Positions 55,286-64,000 of a stretch of DNA of 64,000 bases are shown here, one piece after another. Made by a program: the position numbers and the translations under genes. The stretch is from the human T2T-CHM13v2.0 reference genome, Homo sapiens. Below the pieces are notes generated by a model, which saw only the letters and a program-made list of their open reading frames with translations, ran no database searches and was not told where the DNA came from. The DNA is taken from assembly GCF_009914755.1 (NCBI RefSeq), contig NC_060929.1, one strand, 5' to 3'. How positions within the stretch are numbered: the first letter of the stretch is position 1; each line of letters starts with the position of its first letter.

Positions 55286-55918
55286 AATCTTCACAGATAC
55301 AAGTGGCTTTTCTTTTCATCTTTTAAAGCACCAGAAACCCTTAATTCACATTAGAACAATCACAAGGTAACGCTCAGGTTGAAGCAGGAGTAGGGGACAA
55401 AGCCACATTTTATCAATGATAAAGGTGAAGCTCAGAGAGAAGTAACCGACTAGCGAAGGGCAATGCTCAGATCTGGGCCTGCATCAGGCTTCAGCAGGTT
55501 CTCACTGGCAACACAGAACTGTTGCTTTGGATCTATTCCCCTGTTGATGCTGTATACTCCCCACTTCCCTGAATCCTCCTCCGCTCAAGAAGTACAAAAG
55601 CAATTTTACTTCTCATCAAATGTGGAGACCTGCCAAAATATTTTAATCCTGCAAAACTAAAAAAAAAAAAAGAGCCAAAGAGACAATTGATGTCTTTTTC
55701 AAAAGCTGACATACAATTTTTGACCAAGAAAGAAAAGGAATCATGAAGGGAAAGAGTGAGAGAGGAGCCAATCACCAATTATAAGGACTCCTATAGCTTC
55801 CACTCTCCCTACCTGGAGAATAACTCCTGACTGCCTCCCAAATATTTTTCTCCAGCCCTGTCTCTCCCGTTCCAAGAGGAAGCTGGAAACTCAAAAACAT
55901 CCATTCTACAAATAATGG

Positions 55919-56185
55919 TAAACATCCACATGGGAAGCACTGCACTGAACACTGGGATTCCAATACAAATAAGACATGATCCCTGACTTTCAAATGTTTA
56001 AAAACTCTTGAAAAAATACCTATCACATTTGAACATTTTATTAGATGTTTTACCTTAGCATCATGGCAGCCACTCACACCCTAGTATGAAATAGGTACTG
56101 ATCAAGGTTCTCTACACATATTAGGAGTTCCATGCAACACATCTATAAGAAATGTGTATTATCACCCTCATTTCACAGATGAAGA
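55919..56185 (+). repeat. Diverged local duplicate of ~52397-52665
   Basis: See partner copy. Confidence 0.8.
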
Positions 56186-57438
56186 GATGAGGCATATAGC
56201 AATTGAGTAATTTACCCGTTTGTAATACAGTAAGTTGCATATGTTGTATTATTTAAAACTCACAACAGACTTAATTATTGGTAGTTGTATAATGCTCTAA
56301 GTATTATATTCATTATTGGTAAAGTTGGTGGAGAAATGGATGGACAAAGTTAAGTGCTGGGAGTTTAATACAGCTTTAGTTGAGGAAATATGGAACACAA
56401 TTTAGACAAATAAAATGACATTTAAAAGTCTCACAGGTATTAAAACCCAAACATAAGCCCAGGGAAACTGAACTCCAAATCAAACCTCTTCTAAAACCTT
56501 ACACTGTAACAAGCGCTATTCTGTGCTTAAGCAGAGGACTTAATGGAATCGCTCAGGAAGGAGATTTGAAGCAGCAGGTAGGGGAGCACTTACGAAATGC
56601 TTCTCAGTGGAAGAGGCATCCAGGCTGAGCCCAAAAGGGTGGGGAAAGGCTTTCCATGTTGAGAGAACATGGAAAGTGCAAAATCCTGCAAGCATTGAGA
56701 ACTTGCCTCTGTGGAGGAAGTGCTAGCCCCATGGCTGGAATTTAGAATGGGATGGCCGGAGTAAAGAAAGACATAAGTGGAAATGACATCTTTCTTTGCT
56801 GGCTTCTTAGTCTCCAAGTGTCCACAACTTTCTGTAGAAATTTACTCCTTCTCCTGCTTTTCTGGTGCAGTTAACAATTCATATTTTAAGTCTTAAAATT
56901 GACTCCGTTGTGTACCTTTCTCTTGCCTCTGCATTTACCACCTTGCCATGTCTTATTAAATTATCTGATATCTATTCCTTTTGTTATTTCCAATACCACA
57001 TTTGGGGCATACTTTCATTCACCACAAGTCTAGACAAGAGCAATATCCCACCAGCCTACGGTTTTCAACCCACCTTCCCAAAACCCACATGCCACGCCAG
57101 GTCGTGGGTCTCCAGGACACAGGGCAAAAACTGGCATTTCACCCCACACACACATATGCAATACAAATGACACTGAAAACTGGGAGAGACATCTAGCCTT
57201 GCTGGCAACCAAAATAAATGCAGGCAATAAAGTTTTTACTTCTCAGACTTTGAAACAACCAGCAATACCCACTGCGGACAGAGATGTGGGAAATGGGCAC
57301 GCACAGATTCTTTGGGGAGTCTAAACTGATAAAACTATTGTGGAAAGTAGTGCAGTCATGGGTATTGACATCCTTAAAAAGGTTCTTGTCCTTTCCCAGT
57401 AATTCCCCTTCAAAGTGTTTCCCCTTAGAAATAATCTG

Positions 57439-57628
57439 GGCTGGGCATGGTGGCTTGTACCTATAATCCCAGCTACTTGGTAGGGTGAGGCAGGAGGTCA
57501 GGAGTTCAAGACCAGCTTGGGCAAAATAGCGAGATCATGTCTCTTAAAAAATAATTAACAAATTAGCTGGGCACTGTGGCAGGTGCCTGTAGTCCCGAGC
57601 TACTTTGGAGGATGAGGTGGGAGGATCC
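57439..57628 (+). mobile_element. Partial Alu (AluJ-like)
   Basis: Left arm with deletion plus start of right arm. Confidence 0.8.
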
Positions 57629-57794
57629 TCACAAGACATATAGGATGCTTATTATAGCATAATCAAAAACAGAAAACAAACTATATAACAATTATCAATT
57701 GGTTTAATAGCTACGGAATATATATGAGATATATATATATGAATACCACTCAGCTAATAGACATGATACTGTAGATATACATTTATTGACATTA

Positions 57795-58117
<323 letters not shown>

Positions 58118-58859
58118 TCAATATGAATACACGCATTATTTATATGTGTGGGTTTATATGTGTATATGTATATACATGCTTATATATAAAGTGAAAAAGC
58201 CTCTAGGCAATTAAAAAAAAAAGCCTGGGTAGTATGGTCTCATTTTGTAAATATCTACATATGAGTAACCCAAGTAAATTCCATAGCCAAATCTTGCCGC
58301 AATATGATAACTAAAGAAAAATAATCCATATATTAGAAAAACAGAAAAGGTTTACATCAAAGTAACACAGACCTGAAACTAACAGTGAATTCTTACTTAG
58401 ACCAAAGGAGATCCAATGTTTCACCCCAAACAATACTTCTTATGCCCTCTTTTGCCCTTTTCTTTCTAATCTCTTACTATCTTACAACCTGATGCTGCAC
58501 AGAATCCTTCATCTTCCTCTGTTCTTCTCTCTCCACCACCCACAAAAAATCTGACTCATGTTTCTTTCCTCACTCCTGTTTCTATAGAGGCCTCTACTCC
58601 TATTTTTTCCCCTCACTCTACTGCAAGGCAGCTACATTCCTCTCCAAAGGCTATTCTGGTCTTCAGTGATCTCCAAACTGATAAACTGGGGAAGGGAAAG
58701 GGAGAGAAGAGAGATGGGAAAAGGGAGGGAGGAGGTATAGAGTAACCTCGCCCTCTGGGACAGTTCCCAGATGGCAATATAAAAATATTAGTTATGTCTA
58801 CTGAATAAAGATTCTTGGAAATAATTCATTTTCATGATCAAATGTGGCTGGCACAAAAC

Positions 58860-59774
<915 letters not shown>

Positions 59775-60299
59775 TAATTAGCAAGAGGATGAAAGCAACA
59801 TAGTATTCATGATGACAAAGTAGAAAAATAGCCTCGGGGTCCCTGTGGCACTAGCAGCCTCACAGTCCAAGCCGACTTCCCCCAGGTTTTTTATTATGAA
59901 AGAAAAATGAAGTCTTCTTTGCTTAAGGTACTTAGCAAATTTTCCATTACTTGCTGCTAAATACACTCCTAATAGATACAGCTCCCTGTTGCCTACTCAC
60001 AGAAATGCCTAGCAAGGCGTCTAAGACCCTTCCCAGTCTTGCCCCCACCTCCCTTTGCAGATTTCTCTCACCCTTTTTTCCTCATAAGAACTCGACTCCA
60101 ACTTTGCTTTCTCTAAACAGAATGTTCACCACCCTGCTCTGTGTCATCGCTCACGGCAGCTCCCTACTTTGCATGCCCTCCCCCCACCACCTTTGCTTAG
60201 CTACTCTTCAGCTCCACCTCTCCCAGAAACACTTTACCTTGCTCCAGCAAGAAGTAAAATGCTCCTTCTTCTGAAATTCAAAGAGCGCTATTTGTATGC

Positions 60300-61092
60300 C
60301 ATCTATCACCAGTATCCAATCCATCAGCAAGTCTTTTCAGACCTATTTTCATACTGCATCTCCCCAAAAACCACTTCCAGACATGACTACTCATATTATC
60401 TACTGCACACCACTTTTAGCTCTCATATGGATACCCAAAATGGCCCTGATCTGGCCTACGTATTCCATTCTTACCCCTCTCCCTCTGGTCCATTTCTAAC
60501 ACAGGTGCCAGAATAATCTTTTTTAAAATGTTAAGTCAGATCATGTCATTTCCTGCTCAGACCCTCCAGATGGCTTCCCAACGTCCTTGGAATAAAATCC
60601 AAATTCCTTTCCGTGAACCACCTGCCCAGCACCTCACAATGTGGTCCATTCTCCCTCTTCAACTCCATTTTTGCTCCTTTCCACCTGTTCACTCTCACTC
60701 AGCCATGTTAGCCATCCTCTGTTCCTTGACAGCGCCAGTCTAATTCCAGACTTAAGGCATTTGCACTTGGCATTCCCTCTGCCTGGAATGATCTCCTCCC
60801 AAATCTATACATAACTCATTCCCTAACTTTTCTGCTTCAATGTCATCACCCCAGATAGGCCTTCCCAGACCACCTTACCTAAGATAGATGACCCAAACAC
60901 ACTATCTAACCTTCATTATGCTTTGTCTTTGTAGCATTTACCTGACCCTGAGTTTATATATACATGTATTTTTTAAATTTTCTTGTTTATTATGTAACTC
61001 CCCTCTGGATCGTCAGCTCTGGCAGAGCAGGGGCTGTGTTCCGTCCATCACTGTGTCTCTAGCACCTGCCACAGTGCCTGGCACATAGTAGG
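60300..61092 (+). mobile_element. L2 LINE remnant
   Basis: CAGATCATGTCA…CCCTCCAGATGGCTTCC…CCCTCTGCCTGGAATG…CAGTGCCTGGCACATAGTAGG. Confidence 0.8.
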
Positions 61093-61527
61093 TGTGGCTA
61101 CTGTAACTCCTTCCTGTTTGTTTACAATCTGAGTACCTGCTTCATTATGGCCACTAGGTGGATATCTACAACTTGAAGTCACATCCAATGTTTCCTCCAG
61201 TTCTTCCTCCTTCTCCTGACTCCTCCATCCTGCCATTCACCCTCTATACCTATTACAAAGCATAGAACATCGAAATATTGGAAAAATGAAAGAGTTTTTC
61301 ATTTCTGGTTTTATTTTAAGTGTATCAGCAATCTCTTTCTTAATATGTAATCTTACCTAAGCTAACAAAAATTGTCTTCCACCAATATTTAATTACTCTT
61401 CCACAAAATGGTAAAAACTCGATATCGCTTCTTTCCATTTATATAAGGTCTTACATTTTAAATAATTTTGATACTAATGACTATATCATTTTATTCTATT
61501 TTTCTTTCATTAGAGAAAGTGAAGTTC

Positions 61528-61825
<298 letters not shown>

Positions 61826-62407
61826 TGAAGTTCTATTTTTCAATTTCATTAGAAAAAGCAAAGCCACTTTGAATCCTTCTTGCAAATAGACATAAATATA
61901 TTTTTAAATACAAAAGATAGTTTAAAAATCTTAACAAATAATGGTGTACTATTTAAAAGAACAGAATCACTAGCAACCACGAGCCCTTACACACAAATAT
62001 TTGTTAGCTTCTCTTTCTATTTCTGCTTGGAATCATTCCACTAGATGACTGCTACTGAAATCTAATTTTCCAAGTTTCTTAAGAATACCCTTTCAATGCC
62101 AAGTCTCATTCCAAACAGCAAATCTCATTGACCTACGCCCATGACTGAAGTTCTAATGACTAAAATCCTTCAGCAGCGCTACTATTTCAGATCAAGTTAT
62201 TAAAACTATAGTTCCCCTCAAATGCACATTGATTAGTGAAAGAAGCCAGCCTGACTGGCAACACACTGTAGGATTCTATACGACAATCTGAAAAAGGCAA
62301 AAATATAGAGGGTAGAAAGATCAGTGGTTGAATGTACTATCACTAAATTCTACACTTAAAAATGGTAAAAATGGCAAGTTTTATGTCATGTATACTTTAC
62401 CATAATT

Positions 62408-62731
62408 TGTTTGTTTGCTTTTTGAGACAGTCTTGCTCTGTCACCCAGGCTGAAGTGCAGTGTTGTGATATCTGCTAACTGCCACCTCCACCTCCTGGTT
62501 CGAGAGATCCTCCCAACTCAGCCTCCTGGGTAGCTGGAACTACAGGCACACACTGCTATGCCCAGCTAATTTTTTGTTTTAGTTTTTGTTTTGTTTTTTG
62601 TTTTTTTTTTTTAGTAGAGATGGGGTTTCACCATTTCGGCCAGTCTGGTCTCAAACTCCTGACCTCAAGTGATCTACTCACCTTGGCCTCTCAAAGTGCA
62701 GGGATTACAGGCATGAGCCACTGTTCCTGGC
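62408..62731 (-). mobile_element. Alu (AluJ/S-like)
   Basis: Antisense dimer; TSD TTTACCATAATTTGTT. Confidence 0.93.
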
Positions 62732-62758
62732 TGGTTTTACCATAATTTGTTGAAGGGC

Positions 62759-62789
<31 letters not shown>

Positions 62790-62981
62790 AGGTGTCAGAG
62801 GTGCAGGATGAGAGGTGAGGAGGAGTAATAGGTAAATCACAGGGTGGGTTTTAGAGTGGTAAAATTATTTTGTATAATACCATAGCCAAGAAAGCCATGA
62901 ATGCATAAGCACGTGCATGTGTCAAAATACACGGAGCTGTCAAACACAGAGAGTGAACCCTAATATAAACCGTGGATTTAA

Positions 62982-63304
62982 GGCCCAGCATGGTGGCTCA
63001 CACCTGTAATTCCAGCACTTTGGGAGGCCGAGGCAGGCGGATCACTTTGAGCTCAGGAGTTCGAGACCAGCTTGGGCAACATGGTAAAACCCCATCTCTA
63101 CAAAAAACACAAAAATTAGCTGGGCGTGGTGGCTTGCACCTGTGGTCCCAACTACTTGAGAGGCTAAGGCTGGAGAATAGCTTGAGCTAGGAAGCAGAGG
63201 TTGCAGTGAGCCGAGATCAGGCCACTGCACTCCAGCCCGGGTGACAGAGTGAAATCCTGTCTCAAAAATAAATAAATAAATAAACAAACAAACAAACAAA
63301 CAAA
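62982..63304 (+). mobile_element. Alu (AluJ/S-like)
   Basis: Alu dimer with (AAAT)n(AAAC)n tail; TSD-like AAAC(C/T)(G/A)TGGA.TTTA. Confidence 0.93.
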
Positions 63305-64000
63305 CTATGGACTTTAGTTAATAAGAATGTACCAGTATTGGCTCACCAATTGTAAGAAATGTACCATACAAATGTAAGATGTTAATAACAGAGGAATCTG
63401 AAGGAAGGCGGGGAGAGTATATGGGAACACTGTACTTTCTGCTCAATTTTCTGTAAACAAAAAACTGCTCTAAAAATAAAGTCTATCAATTAAAAATTAA
63501 GAAACAAAACTTAGTTCCTGTTGTGGTCATAAATGTCTAATTAAAGAGAAGTTTTCTTAAAAAAAAAAAAAAGTCCTTCCTGCCAAATTGCCAAATTGTA
63601 GATCTAGGTAAATATTACCTTAATTGCATGTTCATATTTCTTCTTTGTGGATGAGTTTTCTATTTAATAAGTACCTCTATCTTTAAACATCAGACAGCTC
63701 ATTGGGGACAGATATTTATTAAATGCCCATTCTTTGCAAGGCTATGTAGTAGGCATTAATATACTTTTAAATAAATAAAGCAAAATCTTGTATTGCAAAT
63801 CACGCTTGGGAAGAGGGAAGAGGAAAGAAAGATTTCCATGGGATTTCCCTGGATGGTTTTTTCAGGGTACACAGGTCACCTTGCTCCTGAATCATTCTTC
63901 TCAGCAATCTCAAAGGAAACTGGGACTCTCTCTCCTATCTTTTGTACATTTTTATGGATTCCTTGGCTTCTCTCTACAGCAAGAAGATAATTTCCTAGAG

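Larger units (their letters stand above)
62230..63500 (+). mobile_element. L1M (MC-like) 3' end, interrupted by Alus and another L1 tip
   Basis: GTGAAAGAAGCCAG…AAAAGGCAAAA…GTGAACCCTAATATAAAC…GGAACACTGTACTTTCTGCTCAATTTTCTGTAAAC…AATAAA. Confidence 0.75.

Noticed and set aside
56595-56831. Possible minus-strand exon ending at GTAAGTG
   Set aside because: Acceptor lacks a polypyrimidine tract and the translation resembles no known protein.
61148-61166. CTCF-like TGGCCACTAGGTGGATA
   Set aside because: Mismatch at the conserved C of the GGC core; weak.

Overview
Primate (human-like) non-coding genomic DNA made up mostly of interspersed repeats. I find no supportable host protein-coding exon; the long ORFs in the track are decayed LINE-1 ORF1/ORF2 fragments, Alu-derived frames or microsatellite artefacts. 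Main content: two full-length but disabled L1PA elements (7819-13940, extended by a tandem 2.6-kb copy of its own 3' end to ~16620; and ~30885-37824 with two nested Alus), a 5'-truncated L1PA, a near-full-length Hsmar1 mariner lacking its left TIR, a U6 snRNA/L1 chimeric retrogene, a short L1 with a 3' transduction, about 10 solo LTRs (THE1, MST, MLT1, MER4-group, MER41, MER57, MER39-like), about 20 Alus, and old L1M/L2/MIR remnants. The most unusual signal is a set of local copy-paste events: two separate ~180-bp segments each copied ~2.2-2.3 kb upstream of their donor (19215<-21417; 37189<-39486), a 2.6-kb tandem duplication, an older ~270-bp duplication and a microsatellite-mediated 35-bp inverted duplication. 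I do not see evidence for a new gene system. Repeat subfamily names come from my recollection of consensus sequences and need RepeatMasker/Dfam confirmation; boundaries without a target-site duplication (TSD) are approximate.
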